The notes under the pieces are model-generated. The model made no database searches, was not told where the DNA came from, and saw nothing but the letters and a program-made list of their open reading frames with translations. Of a stretch of DNA of 35,567 bases, positions 25,086 to 32,858 are shown one piece after another. The DNA is from Armatimonadota bacterium (lineage in GTDB: Bacteria > Armatimonadota > UBA10988). Location of the stretch: assembly GCA_016235455.1 (NCBI GenBank), contig JACRKZ010000038.1:1-35567 (forward strand), in the 5' to 3' direction. Each line of letters opens with the position of its first letter. Positions within the stretch are counted from its first letter, which is position 1. The translations under genes and the position numbers were made by a program.

Positions 25086-26366
25086 ATGGAGAGTCGTTTG
25101 CCAACCAGCCGCCTCAAGCCGCTGCCGGGCATGCCCCGCGCCACCGGCGAGCACCCTGACCTGCGCGACGTGGGTCAGGCGCTAGGCGAGTTGCGGCTGC
25201 TCCAGCAGCTCAATCAGGCCATCATCGCCAACCTGCCCAGCGGCATCGCCGTACTCGACCAGGATGGCCGCCTGCTCTACTTCAACGGCACTTTCGGCCG
25301 CATGTGGGACCTCGACCTGGCCGCGCTGGGCAAGCACTTGGCCGAGGTGGCCGGCGACGGCCCGCTATCGCGCATCAACTGGCGCGGCGAGGTGGCCCGA
25401 CTGATCGAAGGTGGCCAGGCGCTGCCCGGCAACCTGCTCGAGGCCGGCGAACGGCCCTCGCGCCGCGTCATCCGCTACGGCCTGTTCTCGCTGCCGCCCA
25501 CCGACTTCGACCTGCCGCGCCGGCTGGTCGGCGACGAGTTCTGCCTGGGCTTCCTGTCGCAGCACGAGTGCATCGGCGACTGCCAGGAGTGCTGCGCGCA
25601 TACCGCCACCTGGCAAGGCGACCACGCGCTGCTGCTGGTGGAAGACATCACCGACCAGCGCCAGCTGGAAGCGCAACTCACCCAGAGCGAGAAGCTCGCG
25701 GCGCTCGGCCAGCTCTCGGCCGGCGTGGCCCACGAGATCCGCAACCCGCTGTCGGCCATCTACAACGCGGCCTTCTACATCGCCGACGTGCTGTCCGACG
25801 AAGAGCCCGACGTCGGCGAGTTGCAGGAGTACGTGGCGCTCATCCAGCGCAATGTCGACCGCGCCCAGCGCACGGTGACCAACATCCTCAACTTCGCGCG
25901 GCCCAGCGGGCCGGACCGCACGACCGCCGACCTGAGCGACCTGGTGGAGCAGACGCTAGCCATCCTGGACAAGGCCCTGGTCGACCAGGGCGTGGCGCTC
26001 GAACGGCACCTGCGGAGCGGTGTGATGGTGCGTTGCCGGCCCGAGACGGTCAAGCAGGCACTGCTCAACCTGATCGTCAATGCGCTGCAGGCCATGCCCG
26101 AAGGCGGCACGCTGATCGTCGCCACGGCGCGCGAGGATGGCGATTTTCCGTCGGTGCTGGTCACCGACACCGGCTCGGGCATCGCCGCGGGCGACTTGAG
26201 CCGCATCTTCAACCCCTTCTACTCGACCAAGCCCGCCGGCCAGGGCACCGGGCTGGGCCTGAGCATCGCGCGCCAGGCCATCGAAGCCGATGGCGGCCGG
26301 CTCGATGTGGCCAGCGAGCTCGGCCGGGGCACGACGTTCGAGATGGCCCTGCCCGCTGCGCACTGA
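25086..26366 (+). CDS. Cytoplasmic PAS histidine kinase (NtrB/AtoS-like) with a Cys-rich insertion in the PAS domain
   Basis: IIANLPSGIAVLDQDGRLLYFN...LLVEDITD (PAS), EKLAALGQLSAGVAHEIRNPL, QALLNLIVNA, DTGSGI, FNPFYSTK, GTGLGL; no TM. TACAAT at 25026-25031 upstream. Confidence 0.92.
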   Translation: MESRLPTSRLKPLPGMPRATGEHPDLRDVGQALGELRLLQQLNQAIIANLPSGIAVLDQDGRLLYFNGTFGRMWDLDLAALGKHLAEVAGDGPLSRINWRGEVARLIEGGQALPGNLLEAGERPSRRVIRYGLFSLPPTDFDLPRRLVGDEFCLGFLSQHECIGDCQECCAHTATWQGDHALLLVEDITDQRQLEAQLTQSEKLAALGQLSAGVAHEIRNPLSAIYNAAFYIADVLSDEEPDVGELQEYVALIQRNVDRAQRTVTNILNFARPSGPDRTTADLSDLVEQTLAILDKALVDQGVALERHLRSGVMVRCRPETVKQALLNLIVNALQAMPEGGTLIVATAREDGDFPSVLVTDTGSGIAAGDLSRIFNPFYSTKPAGQGTGLGLSIARQAIEADGGRLDVASELGRGTTFEMALPAAH

Positions 26367-26369
26367 CCC

Positions 26370-26430
26370 GGAAGCGCGGACCTCCAGGTCCGCATGCCCC
26401 GCGCGGGCCGACCTGGAGGTCCACGCTCCC
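26370..26430. repeat. REP doublet (REPIN/BIME-like inverted pair)
   Basis: GGAAGCGCGGACCTCCAGGTCCGC on + (26370-26393) and GGGAGCGTGGACCTCCAGGTCGGC on - (26407-26430). Each is a GAAG/GGAG foot plus an internal palindrome, and the two together form an 18-bp stem with one mismatch. Confidence 0.75.
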
Positions 26431-26468
26431 AGAGATCTGGTTTAGAATGGAGCCGCGAGGAGCCTTTC

Positions 26469-27824
26469 ATGCCGACGCCGAGGCGCCGCGTCCTGCTGGT
26501 GGACGACGACGAGGACATCCGCATCACGATGCGCGCCGTGCTCAAACGCGCGGGCTACAACGTCACCGCCGTGAGCAACGGCGAGGCGGCGTTGGAGGCC
26601 GAGCGTGAGCACCGCGTGCCCGTGGTCATCACCGACCTGAAGATGCCCGGCATGTCCGGCGACGAGCTGATCGGCCGCATGCGCGAGGAGTTCCCCGAGA
26701 CCTCCATCGTCGTCATGACCGGCTACGGCAACGTCGGCCATGCCGTGGACATGATGCACAACGGCGTGGCCGACTACCTGACCAAGCCCGTCAACCCCGA
26801 CGAGCTGGTCTTCCGGCTCGAGCGCATCTTCTCCGCGCGCCACTTGGCCACGGAGAACGAGGCGCTGCGCGAGCAGGTGCAGACCACCGGCAAGGGGCGC
26901 GAGATCCTGGGCCAGAGCCCGGAGATCAAGCGGGTCATGGACCTCATCGACAAGGTCGCGGACACCGACGCCACGGTGCTCATCACCGGCGAGAGCGGCG
27001 TGGGCAAAGAGCTCGTGGCCCAGGCCATCCACGAACGCAGCCGGCGCACCGGCGCGCCGTTCGTCAAAGTGTCCTGCGCGGCGCTGCCCGAGACGCTGCT
27101 CGAGGTCGAGCTGTTCGGCGCCGAGGAAGGCGCCTACACCGACGCGCGCCGGCAGCGCATCGGCCGCTTCGAGCTGGCCTCCAGCGGCACGCTGTTCCTC
27201 GACGAGATTGGCGATGTCTCGCCCGGCGTGCAGATCAAGCTGCTGCGCGTGCTTCAGGAGCGCGAGTTCGAGCGGGTTGGCGGCAACGAGACCATCGCGG
27301 TCGATGTGCGCCTGATCTCCGCGACCAACCAGGACCTGCGCGACCCGAGCCATGTGCCGCCGTTCCGCGAGGACCTGTACTACCGGCTCAACGTGATCAA
27401 CATCCATGTGCCGCCGCTGCGCGACCGGCAGGGCGATATCGCGGCCTTGGCCGAGATGTTCCTCAAGCGCTCGGCGCGCGAGATGAGCCGCGGTGTCAAG
27501 CGCATCGCGCCACCGGCCATGCGCCGGCTGAGTGAGTACACGTGGCCGGGCAACGTGCGCGAGCTCGAGAACGCCATCGAGCGGGCCGTGGTGCTGGCTG
27601 ACGGCGATCTGCTCGACCTGGCCGACTTCGACTTCCTGGAGCCCGCGCGTGGCGCGGCCCGCTCCGAAGGGCCGGAGGACGAGACGCTGGAAGCCATGGA
27701 GCGCGCACACATTCGGCGTCTGCTGGCGGCGTGCGGCGGCAATCGCACGCAGGCGGCGGAGCGGCTGGGCATCCATCGCGAGACGCTGTACAACAAGATC
27801 CGGCGGTATGGGCTGGAGGATTAG
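26469..27824 (+). CDS. Sigma54-dependent NtrC/AtoC-family response regulator (REC, AAA+, Fis-type HTH)
   Basis: VLLVDDD/TDLKMP; GESGVGKE (Walker A); [12 protein letters not shown]; LFLDEIG; [11 protein letters not shown]; [10 protein letters not shown]; [29 protein letters not shown]; TAGAAT at 26443-26448. Confidence 0.96.
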   Translation: MPTPRRRVLLVDDDEDIRITMRAVLKRAGYNVTAVSNGEAALEAEREHRVPVVITDLKMPGMSGDELIGRMREEFPETSIVVMTGYGNVGHAVDMMHNGVADYLTKPVNPDELVFRLERIFSARHLATENEALREQVQTTGKGREILGQSPEIKRVMDLIDKVADTDATVLITGESGVGKELVAQAIHERSRRTGAPFVKVSCAALPETLLEVELFGAEEGAYTDARRQRIGRFELASSGTLFLDEIGDVSPGVQIKLLRVLQEREFERVGGNETIAVDVRLISATNQDLRDPSHVPPFREDLYYRLNVINIHVPPLRDRQGDIAALAEMFLKRSAREMSRGVKRIAPPAMRRLSEYTWPGNVRELENAIERAVVLADGDLLDLADFDFLEPARGAARSEGPEDETLEAMERAHIRRLLAACGGNRTQAAERLGIHRETLYNKIRRYGLED

Positions 27825-28582
27825 GGCGTCGCGGTTGCGCTGGCGGTCTCGGTCCGGCGGACGGCCAGGCGCAGCCCCACCGCCATCAGAAGCACCGATG
27901 CAGCCGCGATGAGCAGCGCCCAGACCACCTGGGGGATGAGCGTCAGCTGGGCCAGCCGCAGCGTGTCGGGCACCAGTTGCTTCCCGCCGATCAGTGCCGA
28001 GGAGGCAACCAGGTAGTCCAGGCGCTGGAAGACGCTGATGCAGGCTTGGACGCCGAGGAACTGCAGCGCGAACGCCGCCGAGCCAACTCGCCCTCTACGC
28101 GCAACGAACAGCAGCGCCATGCCGGCCAGGGCGATGCCGATGAAGCCGACGACGCCGCGGACCCAGACGACGGCCGATACCACCATCGTCAAGCCCAACG
28201 CGCCAAGACCGACGCGGGCCAGGCCGCGGTACCGCGATACCGCGATGAGCACGGCGCCTACCAGCGCCGGGCCCAGTGGTCCGCTGGCCGTGATGATCAC
28301 GCTGTCGAGCCGCGACGGCTGACCCACGTAGTGAGCCAGCCCCGAGCCGTTGGCGTAGACGACGATGTACTTGACCCACTGCCCGCAGCCCACCGCCGCC
28401 ACGGCGTGCCCCATCTCGTGGTACCACGTCGAGAGGAGAGTGAACGGGTACAGCGCCAGACCACCCCAGGACGTCTGCCAGATGCCGACCGTGGCGATCG
28501 CCGAGGCCACCAGGCCGAGCACCACGCGCCACGAAAGCGCACCCGCGCCGCGCTCGCTGTCCGTCGCGCCCTGCCTGGCCAT
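27821..28582 (-). CDS. M50B-like intramembrane metallopeptidase
   Basis: [15 protein letters not shown] (HExxH), NGSG, SGP, multiple TMs, late Asp (VPDT); AGGAGG RBS. Confidence 0.88.
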   Translation of the reverse strand: MARQGATDSERGAGALSWRVVLGLVASAIATVGIWQTSWGGLALYPFTLLSTWYHEMGHAVAAVGCGQWVKYIVVYANGSGLAHYVGQPSRLDSVIITASGPLGPALVGAVLIAVSRYRGLARVGLGALGLTMVVSAVVWVRGVVGFIGIALAGMALLFVARRGRVGSAAFALQFLGVQACISVFQRLDYLVASSALIGGKQLVPDTLRLAQLTLIPQVVWALLIAAASVLLMAVGLRLAVRRTETASATATP

Positions 28583-28614
28583 GCCCAGCCCTCCTCGTGC
28601 GCCGTTCCGACGAC

Positions 28615-29637
28615 TCAGCCCGCGGACCGGTACCCCGGCTGCCCCTGCAACTCGTCGATGAACGCCAGCATGTTGGCCAGCGACACATCGCCCTCCACCG
28701 CGTGCGCCGGCGCGAAGATGTAGCCGCCATCGGCGCCGGCGGCCAGCAGCCGGCGCGTCTCATGCCGTACGTCGTCGGTGCTGCCGTGCGGCAGCGTGCG
28801 CTGGGTGGACAGGCCGCCATGGAAGCTCAGCCGCCCGCGATACTGCGCCATGAGCGCGAAGACGTCCATGACTTCGGGCTGGAACGGGTTGAAGCAGTTG
28901 AGCCCAGCGTCCACCAGGTCATCGAACAGTTCATCGACATCGCCGCACGAGTGGATGAAGACCAGCTTGCCGGCCTGGCGCACGCGGCCGTACATGCGCT
29001 TCAGGCTGGGCAGGATGAACTCGCGCCAAGTGGCTGGGGACATCTGCAGGCCCTGCTGTTGACCCCAGTCATCGCCGAAGTAGACCGCGTCGATGTCGTA
29101 AGTCAGCGCGCGCTCCACCTGCGCCAGGTTGTAGTCGCAGATGGCGTCCATCAGCGCATGGACGAACTGGGGATGGAGGATGAAGTCCATCATCAGGTTC
29201 TCCATGCCGCGCAGCGTCCAGGCGCGCTCATAGAGCGAGAAGCCGATGGAGAAGACGCGGAACCCATCGCCGTAGCGCGCCAGACGGTCGGGGATGTCGG
29301 CGTAGAAGCGATCATCGCACGGGTCAGGCAAGCTCAGGCCAGCCAGCGTCGGCTCGGGCAGCACGCAGCCCTCGACGACGCCGATGTCGGCGTCGACACT
29401 GCGGTCCCAGACCACCCCGAACACGTCACGGTAGCGCTGGCGGCCGATGTGCTCGAAGAAGCCGATGCCGTTGCCCAGCCCGCACAGGTGGTTGTCGAGC
29501 ACGCGGTCAAGGTCACCCTCGCCATAGTGCTCGCGCAGCGTCTGCGCCGCCTCGTGGGTGAACCCGCACGACCACGGCACATACGGCGGGCGCTCGCCCG
29601 ACATCGCCATCCGCACGACCTCGCGCTTGGTCATCAC
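28615..29637 (-). CDS. Uroporphyrinogen decarboxylase-like / MtaA-CmuA family protein
   Basis: DVFGVVW, LYERAWTLRGMENLMMD, FGDDWGQQ, HSCG, NPFQPEVMD, GGLSTQRTLP, GGYIFAPAH; GGAGG RBS. Confidence 0.92.
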   Translation of the reverse strand: MMTKREVVRMAMSGERPPYVPWSCGFTHEAAQTLREHYGEGDLDRVLDNHLCGLGNGIGFFEHIGRQRYRDVFGVVWDRSVDADIGVVEGCVLPEPTLAGLSLPDPCDDRFYADIPDRLARYGDGFRVFSIGFSLYERAWTLRGMENLMMDFILHPQFVHALMDAICDYNLAQVERALTYDIDAVYFGDDWGQQQGLQMSPATWREFILPSLKRMYGRVRQAGKLVFIHSCGDVDELFDDLVDAGLNCFNPFQPEVMDVFALMAQYRGRLSFHGGLSTQRTLPHGSTDDVRHETRRLLAAGADGGYIFAPAHAVEGDVSLANMLAFIDELQGQPGYRSAG

Positions 29638-29665
29638 ATCGCCTCCGAAGTCTGATGTAGGGCCT

Positions 29666-30979
29666 TCAGCCCTCGGCCAGGATTGCGCCTACAAGGTACA
29701 GCGATCCGGTGACGCACACCAGATCATCCGCGTCGGCTCGCGCCACGGCGCTGCGTAGCGCATGGGCCGGATCATCGGCGACGATCACCTCCCGCGCATG
29801 GGGCCGCGCCACCTCGGCCAGGTCCGCCGCGCGCATGGCGCGCTGGTTGCCCGGCACGCCGGTGACGAAGACCGCCGCGGCGCCCGGCGCCAGTTCGGCG
29901 CACAGGCCGGCGGTGTTCTTGTCGCGCGCGCTACCCAGCACGAGCCACAGCCGGCGATGCGGAAACAGCGCCAGCGCCTCGCGCAGGCGCGCGGCCGAAT
30001 CGGGCGTGTGCGCACCGTCGAGTACCACCCACGGGCGACGGGCGACAACCTGCAGCCGGCCTGGCCAACGCACCTTGGCCAGCCCGGCCGCCAGCGTGCC
30101 GCGGGTGACCACACCGGTCTGCGCCAGCACGGTGCGCGCCACGGCGGCGTTGATGATCTGATGTGCGCCCAGCAGCGGCAGCGTCACCTCGACCTCGCCG
30201 CCGGCCCACTCCACCGCCAACCGCTGACCTACGCGGCCGTCGGCCAGCTCCACGAACTCGCCACCCGGCACGGCCCGCACGCCTTCGGCGGCCAGCAGCG
30301 GCGCGCCACGCTCGGCAGCCACACGCGCCAGCACCGCGGCGGCCTCGGGCTGCTGCGGCGCACTGACCACGGGCACGCCGGGCTTGATGATGCCGGCCTT
30401 CTCGCCGGCGATGAGCGCCAGCGTGTCGCCTAGGAACTGCGTGTGCTCCAGGCACAACGTGGTGATGGCGCAGACCGCCGGCGCCACGACATTGGTGGCA
30501 TCGAGCCGGCCGCCGAGGCCGACCTCGATCACCGGCCAGGCGACCTGCTGCTCGGCGAACCAGCAGAAGCCCAGCGCCGTGAGCAGGTCGAAGTAGCTCA
30601 GCTCATCGCCCCAGCCCTCGGCCTCGTAAGCGGCAGCCGCGGTCTGCAGTCGCTGGGCGACGATGCGCGCGAAGTCGGTCTCCGAGATGGGCTGACCATC
30701 CACCTGAATGCGTTCGCGCCGCGAGGTCAGGTCGGGCGAGGTGTAGAGACCGGTGCGCAGCCCAGCGGCGCGCAGCACGCTCTCGACCATGGCGGCCACG
30801 GAGCCCTTGCCCTTGCTGCCGGCGATGTGCACCACCCGACCACCGCGCTGGGGGTCGCCGAGCAGTTGGCAGAGCCGTTCGACTCGCTCCAGCTTGATGC
30901 TGGTCCAAGCGGCGGGATCCATCTTGCGTTCGAGGTTGGCGCGCCCATCGAGCCAGGCCGCGGCCTCGGCGTAGGTCAT
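29666..30979 (-). CDS. folC: Folylpolyglutamate synthase / dihydrofolate synthase
   Basis: VHIAGSKGKGS, GLYTSP, RERI, EVGLGGRLDATNV, EH...LG.TL..IAGEKAGIIK, HQ..NA, WPGRL, LDGAHT, VTGSLYLVG. The ATG overlaps the upstream TGA (TGATG). Confidence 0.95.
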   Translation of the reverse strand: MTYAEAAAWLDGRANLERKMDPAAWTSIKLERVERLCQLLGDPQRGGRVVHIAGSKGKGSVAAMVESVLRAAGLRTGLYTSPDLTSRRERIQVDGQPISETDFARIVAQRLQTAAAAYEAEGWGDELSYFDLLTALGFCWFAEQQVAWPVIEVGLGGRLDATNVVAPAVCAITTLCLEHTQFLGDTLALIAGEKAGIIKPGVPVVSAPQQPEAAAVLARVAAERGAPLLAAEGVRAVPGGEFVELADGRVGQRLAVEWAGGEVEVTLPLLGAHQIINAAVARTVLAQTGVVTRGTLAAGLAKVRWPGRLQVVARRPWVVLDGAHTPDSAARLREALALFPHRRLWLVLGSARDKNTAGLCAELAPGAAAVFVTGVPGNQRAMRAADLAEVARPHAREVIVADDPAHALRSAVARADADDLVCVTGSLYLVGAILAEG

Positions 30980-31716
30980 CACCGTCCCTCGGCCAGCCGC
31001 ATGGCCAGCCATGTCGGCAGCCCGGCCCACAAGATGCGGTCGGAGGCCGTCGACATGTCGTAGGCCACGCGCTGCACCGTGAAGGTCATCTCCTCGGTGT
31101 CGAGCACGGCGAAAGCCGCTTGCCACCACTGGTCGCGCGGCTGGCCGCAACTGCCTGGGTTGAGCACATAGCGTGAGTCGAGCGTGAGGCTGAGCTTGCC
31201 GCCCCGCGCCAGGCTGAGATGGGCCATGCCGCCCTGGGTGCGCCGCCGATAGGCCTCGGCCAGATGCGTGTGCCCGATTAGGACCACCGACTGCTGGCAA
31301 GCGGCGAGCGTCTCGGCCGCCTGATCGCTGCTCAGCACATAGCGCCAGGCGCCCGGCTCGGGCAGGCTGCTATGCACGGCCAGAAAGCCATTGACCGCGG
31401 CATAGGGCTGTAGCTCGGCCAGCCAGGCGCGATGGTCGGCGTCGAGCGCATGCATGGTCCATTCGGCGGCGGCACGCGCGGACTCGTTGAACCACTCCAG
31501 ATCGGTGCCGCCGATAGCGGCCTGGTCGTGGTTGCCCAGCAGCGAGATGCAGTCGAGCTCGCGCACGCGGTCGCAGCAGCCGTTGGGGTCGGCGCCATAG
31601 CCGACGAGGTCGCCCAGGTTCAGGTAACGGTCAACACCCTCACGAGCGAGAGCCGACAGAACCGCCTCCAGCCCCTGCAGGTTACCGTGCGCGTCACCAA
31701 AGATGCCCCATCTCAT
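30979..31716 (-). CDS. Calcineurin-like metallophosphoesterase (YfcE/MJ0912-like)
   Basis: GDAHGN, LGDLVGYG, GNHD, VHSS, GHTH, NPGSCGQPRD. Start ATG 31716. Confidence 0.92.
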   Translation of the reverse strand: MRWGIFGDAHGNLQGLEAVLSALAREGVDRYLNLGDLVGYGADPNGCCDRVRELDCISLLGNHDQAAIGGTDLEWFNESARAAAEWTMHALDADHRAWLAELQPYAAVNGFLAVHSSLPEPGAWRYVLSSDQAAETLAACQQSVVLIGHTHLAEAYRRRTQGGMAHLSLARGGKLSLTLDSRYVLNPGSCGQPRDQWWQAAFAVLDTEEMTFTVQRVAYDMSTASDRILWAGLPTWLAMRLAEGR

Positions 31717-31751
31717 CTGGCCCGCCTGCCTCCAAGGCGCGTGTGCGGCAC

Positions 31752-31760
31752 AGTCTAGCA
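31752..31760 (-). promoter_or_regulatory. Extended -10 (TGnTAGACT) for the phosphoesterase-folC operon
   Basis: Minus strand TGCTAGACT 35 nt upstream of the ATG, with GGAGG in between. Confidence 0.6.
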
Positions 31761-31786
31761 CATCGACGACCGGGCCGGGGCGGCTG

Positions 31787-31815
31787 TTGACGCTAGCAGG
31801 ACGCGTCGTTACCCT
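31787..31815 (+). promoter_or_regulatory. Sigma70-type promoter of trxB
   Basis: TTGACG-17 nt-TACCCT, then AGGGAG RBS. The -35 context (CTGTTGACGC) is the same as in the tRNA promoter. Confidence 0.7.
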
Positions 31816-31840
31816 ACCCCTAGACCACAGGGAGTTGAGC

Positions 31841-32815
31841 ATGGCAGACGTACGCGAAGTGATCATCTTGGGCGCCGGCTGCTCGGGTTATACGGCGGGC
31901 GTCTATCTGGGTCGCGCCGGCCTCGAGCCGCTGCTGATCACCGGCCAGGAGCTTGGCGGCCAGCTGGCGCTGACCACCGAGGTGGAGAACTACCCCGGCT
32001 TCCCCGACGGCATTTTCGGCGCTGAGCTGACCGAACGCATGCAGCAGCAGGCGGTCAAGTTCGGCACCACGGTGAGCATCGAGTGGGTCAAGGAAGTCGA
32101 CTTGACCAAACGCCCGCTGCTGCTCCGCACAGACAAGAACGAGTACCTGACCAAGTCGCTGGTCATCGCCACCGGCAGCGCCCCGCGCAAGCTGGGCATC
32201 CCCGGCGAGACCGAGCTGTGGGGCTACGGCGTGTCGGCCTGCGCCACCTGCGATGGCGCGCTCTATCGCGGTAAGGTGGTGGCCGTGGTCGGTGGGGGCG
32301 ATACCGCCGCCGAAGAGGCCACGTTCCTCACTCGTTTCGCCTCCAAGGTCTACCTGATCCACCGCCGCGACCGCCTGCGCGCCAGTGCCGCCATGGCCGA
32401 GCGCGTTGCGAGCAACGCCAAGATCGAGTGCATCTGGAACAGCGGCGTCGTCGAGTGCGTGGGCCAGAAGGACGCCGGCGGCCTCAAGTCGGTCAAGATT
32501 GCCAACGTCGAGACCGGCGCGGTCACCGACCTGCCCGTGGACGGCTTCTTCCTGGCCATCGGCCACACGCCCAATACGTCGTTCCTGGGCGGCCAGATTG
32601 AGGTCGACGGCGGCGGTTACATCGTCACCGACACCTACCAGCGCACCAACGTCGAGGGCGTCTTCGCCGCCGGCGACGTGCAGGACCACGTCTGGCAGCA
32701 GGCCATCACCGCCGCCGGCACCGGCTGCGCCGCGGCGCTGGCCTGTGAGAAGTACCTGGAAGGCCTGTCCGGTACGGTGTACCCTGACGAACGGCGCATG
32801 GGTATCGTCGCCTGA
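31841..32815 (+). CDS. trxB: Thioredoxin-disulfide reductase
   Basis: IILGAG..GYTA, GGQL..TTEVENYPGF, GVSACATCDG (CxxC), VVGGGDTA.EEA, LIHRRD, TNVEGVFAAGDVQD, QAITAAGTG. Confidence 0.97.
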   Translation: MADVREVIILGAGCSGYTAGVYLGRAGLEPLLITGQELGGQLALTTEVENYPGFPDGIFGAELTERMQQQAVKFGTTVSIEWVKEVDLTKRPLLLRTDKNEYLTKSLVIATGSAPRKLGIPGETELWGYGVSACATCDGALYRGKVVAVVGGGDTAAEEATFLTRFASKVYLIHRRDRLRASAAMAERVASNAKIECIWNSGVVECVGQKDAGGLKSVKIANVETGAVTDLPVDGFFLAIGHTPNTSFLGGQIEVDGGGYIVTDTYQRTNVEGVFAAGDVQDHVWQQAITAAGTGCAAALACEKYLEGLSGTVYPDERRMGIVA

Positions 32816-32829
32816 CCCAGTGAAGCGGA

Positions 32830-32856
32830 GATGACCCCGGCGCCACCGGGGTCATC
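32830..32856 (+). terminator. Hairpin after trxB, abutting the next start codon
   Basis: GATGACCCCGG-cgcca-CCGGGGTCATC, a perfect 11-bp stem. Confidence 0.55.
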
Positions 32857-32858
32857 CT

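Noticed and set aside
28615-29637. Gene symbol hemE
   Set aside because: It lacks the RQAGR motif of true HemE and has the HSCG Zn motif of the MtaA/CmuA-like branch.
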